Below are positions 1 to 10,305 of a DNA stretch of 64,000 nucleotides, in pieces. The stretch's first letter is position 1. Each line of letters starts with the position of its first letter. A model generated the notes under the pieces. The model had not been told where the DNA came from and made no database searches. It worked only from the letters and a program-made list of their open reading frames with translations. The stretch comes from Spirochaetia bacterium (GTDB taxonomy: Bacteria; Spirochaetota; Spirochaetia; DSM-2461), in assembly GCA_963668315.1 (NCBI GenBank), contig OY764216.1:1-64000 (forward strand), in the 5' to 3' direction. A program made the translations under genes and the position numbers.

Positions 1-477
1 GATGGAGAAGGGAAACTGCATAACCGCGTAGAGAACCCCCAGGGTAGAGAGGTTATTCAGAAGCCCCAGCCTGTTTATCTGCAGGAAGAGGGGAATCATG
101 ATATAGGTGGCCTGGATAAATATGGCCGAGACATAGACGCCCATCATCAGCTTGGAGCCGCGGAACTTAAAGCGGACCAGGCAGTAGGATGTGGGTACGG
201 CGAATACAAAGAGCACCGCCAGGGAGATCACCACGGTATAGACCGAGTTGAGTATGTTATCCAGCAGGCGGGACTTGATGAGGGCCCTGTGATAGTTGTC
301 CCATCGCAGCTGGGACGGCAGGGAGTAGGCATTTTCCAGAAACTCCGTATTCGATTTGAAGGAGGAGTAAAGGTTCCATATGAGGGGGAAGATCATGACC
401 ACCGCCACGGCGATGAAAATAATCCGGACCACCCATTCGGCGGAAATCCGCTTTATTTCAGGTTGATTCAATTCCAT
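1..477 (-). CDS. Carbohydrate ABC transporter permease (MalG-type); 3' end runs off the window
   Basis: Manual translation MELNQPEIKRISAEWVVRIIFIAVAVVMIFPLIWNLYSSFKSNTEF...LRWDNY...LNSV; GGAGG RBS before the ATG at 477; follows a MalF-type permease. Confidence 0.9.
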   Translation of the reverse strand, partial: MELNQPEIKRISAEWVVRIIFIAVAVVMIFPLIWNLYSSFKSNTEFLENAYSLPSQLRWDNYHRALIKSRLLDNILNSVYTVVISLAVLFVFAVPTSYCLVRFKFRGSKLMMGVYVSAIFIQATYIMIPLFLQINRLGLLNNLSTLGVLYAVMQFPFSI

Positions 478-490
478 TATGATACCTCCC

Positions 491-1366
491 TCAGTTTTCC
501 CGGTTCGTCAGTTTACGGCTGACGAAGGAGAGCACAATCGATATGGCCAGGGTGAAAACGGTAATGGCCATGGCATAGCCGAAGCTTCCGTTCTTGAAGC
601 CCTGCTTGTACATGTACTGGAGCAGCACGGATGAGCTCCCGCTGGGGCCTCCGTCGGTCATGATGGTAACCAGCACAAAGCTCAGATTGATGGTACCCGA
701 CAGGGCGAGCACGTAGGTGATGCCTATGATGTCCCTTAAAAGGGGGACGGTAATGCTGAAGAACTTTCGTATCTGACCGGCCCCGTCAATGGTGGCGGCT
801 TCGTACAGCTCCGGGGAGATTCCTCCCAGAGCGGCGATATACATGACCATATAGTATCCGGCGGCCTGCCAGATAAGGGCTACTCCGACGCACCACAGGG
901 CGGTTCCCTGCTCGCCCAGCCAGGCGTGCTTGAGGGATTCCAGGCCGGTCCAGTCCAGGAAGCTGTTCAAGAGTCCCATATTGGGATGGAAGAAGAAGGA
1001 CCAGACGATGGCGATAACCGTCATGGAGATAATGGAGGGGAAGAAGTAGATGGAACGGTAGATTCCCTTGTCCTTGATTTTCGTCTGATCCAGGGCGACT
1101 CCCAGTACAAGGGAGATTACCAGGGTGACGATCGGAACAACGGCCATCAGCTTAAGCGTATTCCCCAGGGCCTGGAGAAAGTAGCTGTCCCGGAACATAT
1201 AAGCGTAGTTTTCCAGGCCGATGAACCGGTTGTTCGTCAGATTCATGGACGTGGCGTCCGTAAAGGACATGAAGAGGGCCCTGAGTGTGGGAAGCAGGGT
1301 AAAGTAAAATGTCAGCAGGAAGGTAGGCACCGTGCAGAGGGCGATAAATAGTACCGGCTTCTTCAT
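491..1366 (-). CDS. Carbohydrate ABC transporter permease (MalF-type)
   Basis: FIGLENY motif, EAA loop 'ELYEAATIDGAG', several TM helices; start moved to MKKPVL, which follows GGAG. Confidence 0.92.
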   Translation of the reverse strand: MKKPVLFIALCTVPTFLLTFYFTLLPTLRALFMSFTDATSMNLTNNRFIGLENYAYMFRDSYFLQALGNTLKLMAVVPIVTLVISLVLGVALDQTKIKDKGIYRSIYFFPSIISMTVIAIVWSFFFHPNMGLLNSFLDWTGLESLKHAWLGEQGTALWCVGVALIWQAAGYYMVMYIAALGGISPELYEAATIDGAGQIRKFFSITVPLLRDIIGITYVLALSGTINLSFVLVTIMTDGGPSGSSSVLLQYMYKQGFKNGSFGYAMAITVFTLAISIVLSFVSRKLTNREN

Positions 1367-1492
1367 GGCTCCGCCTCTCCTGCCGGAGAGGTTCTGAGAG
1401 GGATTCATCTTTGTTAAGATTCCTTTGTGAGGCAGAAAACGATATCCATGGCCCCGGAGGACCATGGACAGAATACAGGGGATACTATCTGA

Positions 1493-2845
1493 TCAGTTCT
1501 TGTCGGCCCGGATCTGGGCGAAGGCTTTCTCAACGCCGGCGGCCCAGTCCTCTGCGGAAGCGTTCAGATTCATGATGGCCGAAACGGGGTTGAACATTTC
1601 GTCGTTGATGGAAACTCTCGAACCCTTGGGAAGGGCGGACCAGCCGACAACCATGGATACGGCTCCCTCGTAGGCGGAGAACATATCATAGACACCGTCG
1701 GAAACGATCCCCTTCACCAGTTCGTTGGCGCCCTTGACGGCGTAGATGCCGTTGGCCTTCTCGGCGAAGAGCTTGATGGACTGGTCGGAATAGAGGAACC
1801 GGAGGAAGTCCTTGGCCAGTTCGGGATTCTTGGCGGCGGCGGGTATGCTGAACTGCTCGACGCTGGTCATGATGTAACGGGGATCGTTCTTCTTCATAAC
1901 CGGGGCGGGAGTCATACCGAAGCGGAAGCCTTCGGAACGGGGCGCATCGGCCATTTCGTTCTCGATCCAGACGCCGTTGGGAATGAACAGGGCTTTGTCG
2001 TTCATCATGTCCGTCTGAGACTGGGTATGGTTCAGAGCGACCGTACCGGGCAGGAGATAACCGTCCTCGGCGATTTTGCGGATGTTGGCCAGAACGGCTT
2101 CCACATCGGAGTTGGCGAAGGAGCCCTCTTCGTAATCCATGATCTTCTGGAAATCATCAAGGCCCACCGTGCTGGCGATGGCCGGATAGAGAAAACTTTC
2201 CAGGTAGCCCGGATAGATTCCGGCGTAGGTGAACAGGGAGTATCCTTCGGCCTTGGCTTTGGCGCCCAGGGCAAAGAAGTCATTCCAGGTCACGGGAACG
2301 TCCCAGCCCTTCTTCTCGAAAAGGGTCTTGTTGTAGACCATGCCCATGGGGCTGGAGTTAAAGGGGGCGAGGTAGATTTTTCCGTCGCCGTAGGGAGAGG
2401 CCTTGGAACTCTCCAGAATCCCATCGAGGATCTGGTCTTTCAGGGTCATATCCGAATCCCACGCTTTCTGATCGAAGGCGTCGGTAATATCCAGCAGGGT
2501 TTTCTCCTTTATCATGGCGGCGATGAGACCGGACTGGTCGTTATCGTTCATGCTGATAAAGTCGGGCACGGAACCGGACACGATCTGGGGTCTGATGATG
2601 TCGCCGATACGGGGGCTGATCTGCATATTCACGGTAACACCGGGATTCGCCTCTTCATAAGCGGCGACGATTTCGTTCCAGTAGTCCGGACCGTAACCGC
2701 CCTCGAAAACGGCGATGTTCAGTGTCTGCGATTCGGCGGACGCCTTTTCGGTATTTGCATCATGGCTGCCGTTGGCAAACAGGGCCGCGGGAAGCACAGC
2801 GGCCGCCAATAATAGGGATATGAAAAGATTTTTCGTTTTAGTCAT
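1493..2845 (-). CDS. Carbohydrate ABC transporter solute-binding protein
   Basis: Signal peptide ending 'ALFANG'; 'FEGGYG', 'YNKTLFEKKGW', 'AKNPELAKDFLRFL' are typical of family-1 SBPs; upstream of two permeases. Confidence 0.9.
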   Translation of the reverse strand: MTKTKNLFISLLLAAAVLPAALFANGSHDANTEKASAESQTLNIAVFEGGYGPDYWNEIVAAYEEANPGVTVNMQISPRIGDIIRPQIVSGSVPDFISMNDNDQSGLIAAMIKEKTLLDITDAFDQKAWDSDMTLKDQILDGILESSKASPYGDGKIYLAPFNSSPMGMVYNKTLFEKKGWDVPVTWNDFFALGAKAKAEGYSLFTYAGIYPGYLESFLYPAIASTVGLDDFQKIMDYEEGSFANSDVEAVLANIRKIAEDGYLLPGTVALNHTQSQTDMMNDKALFIPNGVWIENEMADAPRSEGFRFGMTPAPVMKKNDPRYIMTSVEQFSIPAAAKNPELAKDFLRFLYSDQSIKLFAEKANGIYAVKGANELVKGIVSDGVYDMFSAYEGAVSMVVGWSALPKGSRVSINDEMFNPVSAIMNLNASAEDWAAGVEKAFAQIRADKN

Positions 2846-2981
2846 AAGGACCTCCTCGTTATGATAGACTGATTATAGAGCGACGTCCACAGAACGGGCT
2901 ATAGAGCATATTGCAATCTATATGGACAATATTGACTTTACTTAATTCCAACCCCTTGGTAAACTCTTCCGGGAGGCAGCC

Positions 2982-4823
2982 ATGATACTCCGTTTTCTCC
3001 GTGCGGCAGACACAAGGATCATCTCGCTCCAGCGCAGATACAGGATACAGTACCGGCTTCTCGCGGTCTTCCTCATTCTGTCCCTTCTCCCCATCTCCGG
3101 CATCGGTTTCTATGCCTACCGCATCAGCTCCCAATCGCTTAACACAAGGATCGGGGAATCCACCCGGCAGGCGATGAAACTTCTCGGCCAGAATCTGCTT
3201 ATAGAGATGTCCACCTTTTCCAGCTACGCCAATACCCTCTCCATTACCGATGAGCTGCAGTCGGTTCTAAAACGGATCTACCAGGCGGAACAGGCCGCCG
3301 GAAACGGCGGAGAAGCTGACGAGCAGCTTTATGACTGGGGCGCCCAGACTCTCCATTCCGCCATAGACACAAGCCTGGTAAACTCCCGCTATCTGAGCAA
3401 TATACAAATAGCCGACAGCACGGGAAAAATCGTCTACGACCTCCTGTACGGGGAGAATATTTCCGGGACGGCCCGTATCCTCAAAGAGGTGGACCGAACC
3501 TCTCCCCACGACTCCCTCCAGTACGGCGGCCGGGCGCGGAGCCACGATACGGTCATACTCGGGCGCAAGCTTCACAATCTTTACGGCCGGAACGAACCGA
3601 TCGGCTATCTTCTCTTCTACATAAACCAGCAGCTTTTCGAAGAGAAACTCTTTCCCCAGGTCTCCTTCGGGCCTGATTCGGCCCTGGTCTTCATCTCCTC
3701 CGCCAACAGCTCCGTTATCAGTTCCTCCCGGCCCGAACTGTCGGCGGACAGAGCCTTTTCCCGAATCCTCTCCGAAGATCTGAACAGAAAGCTTCCCCGG
3801 TCCAGCGGAGTATTCAATACCAAAATCCCCCTCCTCGGCGACTGCCTGGTGGTGGCGGAATATCTGCCCGATTTCGACGACTACATGACCGTACTCATCT
3901 CCGGGGATTACATTAAAGCCGATATCATCAGCCTCTCCCACCGGCTGATTCTCTCAGGGCTCATCCTTTTCGCCGTTACCCTCAGCCTGACCCTGCTCAT
4001 CTATCACAGCATCATATTCCCCATAAGAAGGATGGCCCATTTCTGCGAGAAAATCGCCGTAAACACCATCCCCCTCGATTCACGGCTGGACGACACCGGC
4101 TCCGATGAATTCCGACTTCTCTCCGATACGATTGACTCCATGCTGGGCGATATTCAGGGGTACCTCAAACGTCAGGAGCAGGATGAGAAAAGAAAGAGGG
4201 AACTGGAGCTGGAAAGGCTTCAGTACCAGATCAATCCCCACTTTCTTTTCAATACCCTGGACACGCTCAAGTGGATCGCCGACGGCCATGACGTCCCCGT
4301 CCTGAAAAACGGAATTGGTTCCCTTTCCAGTCTTCTGAAAAGCACCCTTATGAATAAAAGCGAATATATAACCCTCGCCGAAGAGATTCAGACTCTGTCC
4401 AGCTATATAGAGATACAGAAGATACGCTACGCCGACAGCTTCTCCGTCAGATTTGATCTGGAAGAGGGAACGGAAGCCTGCGATATTCCCCGGTTCACCC
4501 TGCAGCCCCTGCTGGAAAACGCCATCATGCACGGAACATACGACACGGGTGAAGAGATCGAGATCCTTATTGGAGCCGCATTTGACGGCAGGGATCTGTG
4601 CCTCACCGTGCGGGACAACGGACGCGGCTTTTCACCTGAGACCGCTTCGCCGCCCGTCCGAAGGAGCAGCCACGGCATCGGCCTGGCCAATATCCAGGAA
4701 CGGCTGAAACTGCACTACGGAGGGGGAACCGATTTTTCCATCGACAGTACTCCCGGAGAAGGTACCATCTGCAAGATAAGACTTCCCGCGAAGGGATGGG
4801 AGACAAAGGAGCCCCCGAAGTGA
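2982..4823 (+). CDS. YesM/LytS-type sensor histidine kinase
   Basis: Two TM segments, HAMP, 'QINPHFLFNTL' H-box, 'LQPLLENAIMHG', 'DNGRG', 'GIGLANI'. Confidence 0.93.
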   Translation: MILRFLRAADTRIISLQRRYRIQYRLLAVFLILSLLPISGIGFYAYRISSQSLNTRIGESTRQAMKLLGQNLLIEMSTFSSYANTLSITDELQSVLKRIYQAEQAAGNGGEADEQLYDWGAQTLHSAIDTSLVNSRYLSNIQIADSTGKIVYDLLYGENISGTARILKEVDRTSPHDSLQYGGRARSHDTVILGRKLHNLYGRNEPIGYLLFYINQQLFEEKLFPQVSFGPDSALVFISSANSSVISSSRPELSADRAFSRILSEDLNRKLPRSSGVFNTKIPLLGDCLVVAEYLPDFDDYMTVLISGDYIKADIISLSHRLILSGLILFAVTLSLTLLIYHSIIFPIRRMAHFCEKIAVNTIPLDSRLDDTGSDEFRLLSDTIDSMLGDIQGYLKRQEQDEKRKRELELERLQYQINPHFLFNTLDTLKWIADGHDVPVLKNGIGSLSSLLKSTLMNKSEYITLAEEIQTLSSYIEIQKIRYADSFSVRFDLEEGTEACDIPRFTLQPLLENAIMHGTYDTGEEIEILIGAAFDGRDLCLTVRDNGRGFSPETASPPVRRSSHGIGLANIQERLKLHYGGGTDFSIDSTPGEGTICKIRLPAKGWETKEPPK

Positions 4824-6349
4824 GCCGAACCGTTCTGATCGTCGATGACGATACCATACTCAAAACGACCTTAAGGGATTTCCTGGAAGGGGGAGAGGGG
4901 GATTTTCTTCTCTCCGGCAGCGTTTCCAATGGGCGGGAAGCTTTGGATTTTCTGGAGAAAATGCCCGTCGATATTATCATTACCGATCTGGTCATGCCGG
5001 TCATGGCCGGCCTGGAGCTGATCCGCAACCTGAAGGAGAGAAACTTCCGGGGCATCATTCTCGTGCTCAGCAACTACTCCGATTTCGCCCTTGTCCGGGA
5101 GGCCCTTCTGCTGGGAGCGGCGGACTATCTTCTGAAGACCGATCTCGACCGGGAAGATCTGTTAAAACGGCTCAGAGACCTTTCCAGGAATCTGAATGAA
5201 GAGGCGGACAAGAGCCTCTACCTGGAGGAGGTGGATCGGAAATTCCAGCGAAACCTCCTCAGGGATTTCCTTGAAACGCCCGCCTTTTCCTACTCCGACT
5301 TCCGTGAAGAGGCCCGCGGTATAGACGATCAGTTCTCCCGGGGTGTCATTCTCTGCCATCTCAGCTGCCGGAGCGGCACAGCGAGCAAAGTCCCCCCCAT
5401 GGACAAGCTGGCGGGCATGATCAGAACGGTCTACGAATCGGTACCCGATCTGGTTCTGATCCGCACGGGAGAGAACCGGCTGTCCTGGTTCCCCCCTCCT
5501 CCGGAGGAAGGCCGTTCTCCGGGGCTTCTTCTCTCCCGGATCAGGCGGCAGGCAAAGATCTACTTCTCCCTGGAAACCCTGATTATCCACAGCGTCCCTA
5601 TGACCGATCTGCAGGAGATCAGAACAGCCTACGGAGGCATAAGGGAAAAGGGGACCCTCCTCTTCTACGGAGAGGGAGGCCTGTTTCCCTCGGAGGAGCT
5701 GGTACTCTCATCCCTGCCGCCGGACTGGTCGGCCAAGGATTATGCCATCGCCCTGGGGCAGGAGGGGGAGAGAGCCGAGGAGAGACTGAGGGAAGAGATC
5801 GAATGGCGCATAGACTACGCCGCCCGGGAGCGGATCTCACCCGCCCAGCTGATCGCTTTCTTCAGCAGCACCCTGGAGTATCTGGGATTTGTGGAAAAAG
5901 CCAAGACTGATGCCCTCCCCTTTCCCGAATCAAGGGAGGAGCTTCTCCTTATGTTCGAAAGAGAAGCCCTCCGCCTCCTCTCCGGAGACAAGGAAAGGCT
6001 CTTTTCGGTGAAAAGCCGGGAAATACAGCGGGTACTCAAGTATATAAACGATAATTACCGCAGCCGGATCTCCCTGGAAGAGCTGGCCCTCATAGCCAAT
6101 CTCAACAAAAGCTATCTCTGCCGCCTTTTCAAGGGCGAAACCGGCTCATCCGTGGTGGATTACATAACCGATCTGCGCATAAACAGGGCTCTGGCCCTTA
6201 TGGAAGAGGGGCAGACCTACATAAAGGGCATAGCCGAAGCGGTCGGCTTTGAAGATCAGTTCTACTTTGCCCGGGTGTTTAAGAAAAGGACGGGAATAAG
6301 TTCCTCCGAATATATCAAGGGCCTTTACCAAAAGAACGGGGCTCCCTGA
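4820..6349 (+). CDS. YesN-type response regulator (REC + AraC HTH)
   Basis: REC 'LIVDDD...ITDLVMP...K'; C-terminal AraC 'YLCRLFKGETG...VGFEDQFYFARVFKK'; GTG start overlaps the kinase TGA (GTGA). Confidence 0.92.
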   Translation: MSRTVLIVDDDTILKTTLRDFLEGGEGDFLLSGSVSNGREALDFLEKMPVDIIITDLVMPVMAGLELIRNLKERNFRGIILVLSNYSDFALVREALLLGAADYLLKTDLDREDLLKRLRDLSRNLNEEADKSLYLEEVDRKFQRNLLRDFLETPAFSYSDFREEARGIDDQFSRGVILCHLSCRSGTASKVPPMDKLAGMIRTVYESVPDLVLIRTGENRLSWFPPPPEEGRSPGLLLSRIRRQAKIYFSLETLIIHSVPMTDLQEIRTAYGGIREKGTLLFYGEGGLFPSEELVLSSLPPDWSAKDYAIALGQEGERAEERLREEIEWRIDYAARERISPAQLIAFFSSTLEYLGFVEKAKTDALPFPESREELLLMFEREALRLLSGDKERLFSVKSREIQRVLKYINDNYRSRISLEELALIANLNKSYLCRLFKGETGSSVVDYITDLRINRALALMEEGQTYIKGIAEAVGFEDQFYFARVFKKRTGISSSEYIKGLYQKNGAP

Positions 6350-6393
6350 GTCGGCATCAAAAAATCATGTCCCCCTCTGACTTCCGGGTCAGG

Positions 6394-7239
6394 TCAGGGC
6401 AAATACTCCCTCTGATCCTTATCCCAGCGGAATGACCTCCCCTTGGATAAACCGGAAGGGGTCACGGAAATGTCACGGTATCCCTCGGTAAAGGAGTCCT
6501 GGAGGAGGAGGATTCTGGAGTCTTCGCAGATAGAGTGCTGCCTGGTTCCGTCTTCATTCCAATCCCCCGCATAGTCGGTAAAAGAGAATACCGGCTGGGC
6601 AAGGATTCTGACAATGTCCCCATCGAGGGGCAGGAACAGCAGCAGGGCCTGGTACTCGGCGCCTCCCCCCGCATAGCCCTCAAACCAGGATACCCTGATG
6701 CCGAAGGCGGCAGCCTCATCGTTCAGTTCGTAGTCGCCGAAGTCAAAGCGGTCAAAAGCCATGGGCTCCCATCCCTCATCTCCCGAATAATCTACGGGAC
6801 CGGCCAATTCCGAATTATTCCAGCTCACCCTAAGATCAAGGGGATAGGTATTGCGGGCCAGGACGGAAAAAACGCCGTCTCCTTTATACTCGAGGAGGGC
6901 CAGAAACAGCTCTTGCCCATAGTCTTCCTCCCCGTTTAAAAGAGTAATCCCGATAAACTGGTTTTCCCTCTGAGGCCAGGGTTTCAGACCGACAAGGGAA
7001 ACAGAGCGGCTTGTATTATCCGGAGCGATAAGGCTGATGAGCTCCGCCTCGCCTATGCACGGGGGAAGAGAAGTCCCGAAACCGTCGGGTCCCTCTTTTC
7101 CGAGCATCTGTTCGTTCCAAAAAGAGAGACCCTCTTCCGTCTTCAGAATACCGGGCACTTCAGACAGGGAGTTCACCATCTGCGCCTGCAGAGGCAGGAA
7201 TATAAAAGGGAGAAGAAGAATTAAAACACCTTTTTTCAT
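6394..7239 (-). CDS. Hypothetical exported protein
   Basis: Signal peptide MKKGVLILLLPFIFLPLQA; acidic beta-rich body with 'FDFGDYELND..AFGIR...GYAGGGA'; no function recognised. Confidence 0.7.
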   Translation of the reverse strand: MKKGVLILLLPFIFLPLQAQMVNSLSEVPGILKTEEGLSFWNEQMLGKEGPDGFGTSLPPCIGEAELISLIAPDNTSRSVSLVGLKPWPQRENQFIGITLLNGEEDYGQELFLALLEYKGDGVFSVLARNTYPLDLRVSWNNSELAGPVDYSGDEGWEPMAFDRFDFGDYELNDEAAAFGIRVSWFEGYAGGGAEYQALLLFLPLDGDIVRILAQPVFSFTDYAGDWNEDGTRQHSICEDSRILLLQDSFTEGYRDISVTPSGLSKGRSFRWDKDQREYLP

Positions 7240-7497
7240 TCAGTTCCTTTCCGGCAATTTGAGCAGGAACATTATAGGGATGATGAACTTAACGATTCAA
7301 GCCTCTCTTGAGAGATACAGCAGAGCCGGGATATTTTCCATGGGCTCTTCGAACAGGGGGGAAGCAATTGCCTATGAGAAGCTGATTGGAAACGCCCGGC
7401 TTGCCGGCTTTTCAAAAAATAACATACATTCTCAAATAAATAGTGGACGCCTCACCGCCGGCAGACTGGTACAATAGGGTTCTCAAGGAGTTACACA

Positions 7498-8865
7498 ATG
7501 ATTGAAAAAGCCAGAGATTGCAAATTGATAGTCCGCCCCATCATCGGCTGCCTTACCCACTCCCACTTCTGGGAAGGCCCCTGCCGTGCCGGGAAAAAAG
7601 AAGATATGACCGTAGAAGCCGAAACCGCCGCCGCGGACAAATCTTTCGCCGCCGCCGTAAAGCAGCTTGAAGCCCTCACCGACAAGGTGGAGCTGCTTCC
7701 CCCTGTGGACGCCCGCTATGATGAGAAATTCGTCGTGGGCCGGGATGTCTTCGAAAAGATAGAGGAGGACATGGACAGGGTGGATTTTTTCCTGTGCCTG
7801 AACTGGCGCATCCCCAAGCTCGAACGGTACAGAAAGCCCATCGTCATCATGCAGAACGGCAATGAGGGAATCGATTTCGCCGCCTACTGCCGCTCCCTGG
7901 GAGTGGAAGCCCATGTGGCCATGGATATGCAGGACCTGAACGAGATCGCCCATCTCCTCTGGACCCGTAAAGCCGTATCCAAAACGAGAGCCCTGGTCCT
8001 GACGGCGGGCAGTCAGCCCACCTTCGGCATTCAGAGCCTCATCAGAGACCCGGACATCATCAGGCAGAAATACGGTATGGAGATCGTCAAGCTGCCCTTC
8101 CGGGATATTTTTCCCTATATGGACCAGATCTCCGATGAAGAGGCCCAACCCATTGCCGACAAGATGATAAGCGGCTCCGGCGAAACGAAGGTCAACACCG
8201 CATGGTTCCTGAACGATATCAAGTACTACCTCGCCGCCAAGAAGATGATGGAAGTGTACCAGTGCAACGCCTTCTCCACGACCTGCCATGAACTCTGCAC
8301 GTCCGAAATCCCCCAGGAACGGAAGTTCACCCCCTGCGTCTGCCACTCCCTCATGAAGGACGAAGGTATCCCCAGCGGATGCGAGGAGGACCTGAACGCC
8401 CTTCTGGCCATGACCATCATGCAGTACGCGGCGGACAGGCCGGCTTTCATGGGCAACCCCAATTACGAGGCCGATGAGCTCCTGCGGATTCACCACGCCG
8501 TTCCCGCCCTGTGCATGAACGGATTCGGCACAAAGCCCCTCCAGTACAAACTCTGGGCCTTCACCGGCCAGGGATTCGGGGGAAAGCTCCAGGTGGACTT
8601 CACCGAAAACAAGGAGGACGAGGTCACTCTGGCCCGGTTCAATCCCGCCGGTGATACGGTTTGCGTGAAAGTGGGCGAAGTCATCCGCTCCGAATATGAC
8701 GAAGTGTACTGCAGTCCCTACTACTTTATTAAAATGGATGACGCCAGAACCTATATGCATAATCTGGCGGGCTTCGGCCACCATCAGGTACTGCTCTTCG
8801 GAAACCATATGAAACTGATGAAAGAGATGTCCCGGGTCATGGGCTTTACCGTCCTGGAAGGATAA
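7498..8865 (+). CDS. L-fucose/L-arabinose isomerase (FucI/AraA) superfamily protein
   Basis: 'TCHELC', 'GIPSGCEEDLNALL' and C-terminal 'GFGHHQVL' metal-ligand motifs; AAGGAG RBS. Confidence 0.78.
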   Translation: MIEKARDCKLIVRPIIGCLTHSHFWEGPCRAGKKEDMTVEAETAAADKSFAAAVKQLEALTDKVELLPPVDARYDEKFVVGRDVFEKIEEDMDRVDFFLCLNWRIPKLERYRKPIVIMQNGNEGIDFAAYCRSLGVEAHVAMDMQDLNEIAHLLWTRKAVSKTRALVLTAGSQPTFGIQSLIRDPDIIRQKYGMEIVKLPFRDIFPYMDQISDEEAQPIADKMISGSGETKVNTAWFLNDIKYYLAAKKMMEVYQCNAFSTTCHELCTSEIPQERKFTPCVCHSLMKDEGIPSGCEEDLNALLAMTIMQYAADRPAFMGNPNYEADELLRIHHAVPALCMNGFGTKPLQYKLWAFTGQGFGGKLQVDFTENKEDEVTLARFNPAGDTVCVKVGEVIRSEYDEVYCSPYYFIKMDDARTYMHNLAGFGHHQVLLFGNHMKLMKEMSRVMGFTVLEG

Positions 8866-8875
8866 TCATAGATTT

Positions 8876-10021
8876 ATGATCTATCTGAATAACGGCGCGA
8901 CGTCTTTTCCCAAACCTCAAATCGTTAAGGAGACGTACGCCGCTTTTCTAAACTCCGTCCCCGGAAGCCCGGGCAGGAGTTCCGGCCGGAACGGAAAGGT
9001 TTTCCGGGAATGCCGGGAGAGCCTGGCCGAACTTTTCGGGATCGGGGAGGCGGATCGGATGTTCTTCACAAGCGGAGCGACCGATTCGTTCAATTTTCTT
9101 CTGGCCGGACTGGATCTGTCCGGTAGAAAGATCATAACCACCGCGACGGAGCATAACAGCGTACTCAGGCCGCTTTTCAATATGAAACAGCTGAGCGGCT
9201 GTCAGGTGGAGATCGTTCCCTGCGACGAAACGGGCCGGGTCGATCCGCGGGATATTATCAGCCGGCTGGATTCGGATACGGCCGCGGTCATCGTCAACCA
9301 CTGTTCCAACGTGACCGGTGCCGTTCAGGATCTGAACGCCATTGGGGGTATCACCCGGGAAAGGGGTGTTCTCCTCCTGGCCGATGTCTCCCAGAGCGGC
9401 GGATGTCTGCCCGTCAAGGCCGATGCCTGGGGCGTGGACGCTCTTGTTTTCACCGGCCACAAAAGCCTCTTCGGACTCCAGGGAACGGGAGGCTTCTACC
9501 TGAGGAAGGGGGTTTCCCTCGAACCGTTCCGCTTCGGAGGGACAGGCTCGGACGGACGGCGCCTCAGCTACGGACCGGGGGAAGCCCCCTACGAAGTGGG
9601 GACCGGGAACGAGGGAGGAATAGCCGCCCTGAACGCCGGCGTCCGCTATATCCTGGATAAGGGAGCGGCTTTAATCACCCGGAAGGAGCAGGAGCTGCTC
9701 GACAGGCTCAGAAAGGGATGCGAAGGGCTGCCCGGGGTAAAACTCTATGCCCCCCCCTCCGGGGAGAGCGGTCCGGTCGTCAGCCTGGCCATGGACGGCA
9801 TGACTCCCTCCGATCTGGGCTATATCCTCTACAATGGCTACCATATGGTGACACGCACCGGATACCACTGCTGCCCACTCATTCATGATTATCTGGGAAC
9901 GGCCGAAAGGGGAACCCTGCGGTGCAGTTTTTCCTGGTTCAACGATTCTGCCGATGTGGATGCTCTCCTGGCAGCTCTCAGGGACGTGCAGGATTCCCTG
10001 GAAGGAGCGCCGCCGAAATGA
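8876..10021 (+). CDS. PLP-dependent class V aminotransferase, cysteine desulfurase/selenocysteine lyase-like
   Basis: 'IYLNNGATSFPKP', 'FTSGAT', 'EHNS', 'SNVTG', PLP lysine 'TGHKSLFG', catalytic Cys loop 'RTGYHCCP'. Confidence 0.88.
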   Translation: MIYLNNGATSFPKPQIVKETYAAFLNSVPGSPGRSSGRNGKVFRECRESLAELFGIGEADRMFFTSGATDSFNFLLAGLDLSGRKIITTATEHNSVLRPLFNMKQLSGCQVEIVPCDETGRVDPRDIISRLDSDTAAVIVNHCSNVTGAVQDLNAIGGITRERGVLLLADVSQSGGCLPVKADAWGVDALVFTGHKSLFGLQGTGGFYLRKGVSLEPFRFGGTGSDGRRLSYGPGEAPYEVGTGNEGGIAALNAGVRYILDKGAALITRKEQELLDRLRKGCEGLPGVKLYAPPSGESGPVVSLAMDGMTPSDLGYILYNGYHMVTRTGYHCCPLIHDYLGTAERGTLRCSFSWFNDSADVDALLAALRDVQDSLEGAPPK

Positions 10022-10305
10022 ACGTTGTGAAGATCGAACCCTCCACGGAACCCTGCGCCGAAGCGGGCTTCTACGGTTATGATTTTTTCCTGGAAAATGA
10101 AATCGGCGATGATTTTATAAATTCCCTCCGCCCCCTCGGCTCCCTTATGTATCTGCCCATGCTGAAAAAGCCCTTTTTCAAGGTGGAATCGGATTATTAC
10201 TTGCTGAAAGGACTTAAAAGTGATAGTTTTTTCCGTATGGCGGTACATGGCGATTATTTGCATGAAATAGACAGAATCAAAGGATTTGTGGAAAGCCTTC
10301 CATGA
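10018..10305 (+). CDS. Small hypothetical protein (95 aa, MNVVKIEPSTEPCAEAGFYGYDF...)
   Basis: ATGA overlaps with both neighbours (10018-10021 and 10302-10305); GGAG RBS upstream. Confidence 0.75.
   Translation: MNVVKIEPSTEPCAEAGFYGYDFFLENEIGDDFINSLRPLGSLMYLPMLKKPFFKVESDYYLLKGLKSDSFFRMAVHGDYLHEIDRIKGFVESLP

Noticed and set aside
7498..10305. Selenocysteine read-through in the isomerase-desulfurase operon
   Set aside because: The ORFs are complete with no internal TGA; the TGA stops are part of ordinary ATGA overlaps.
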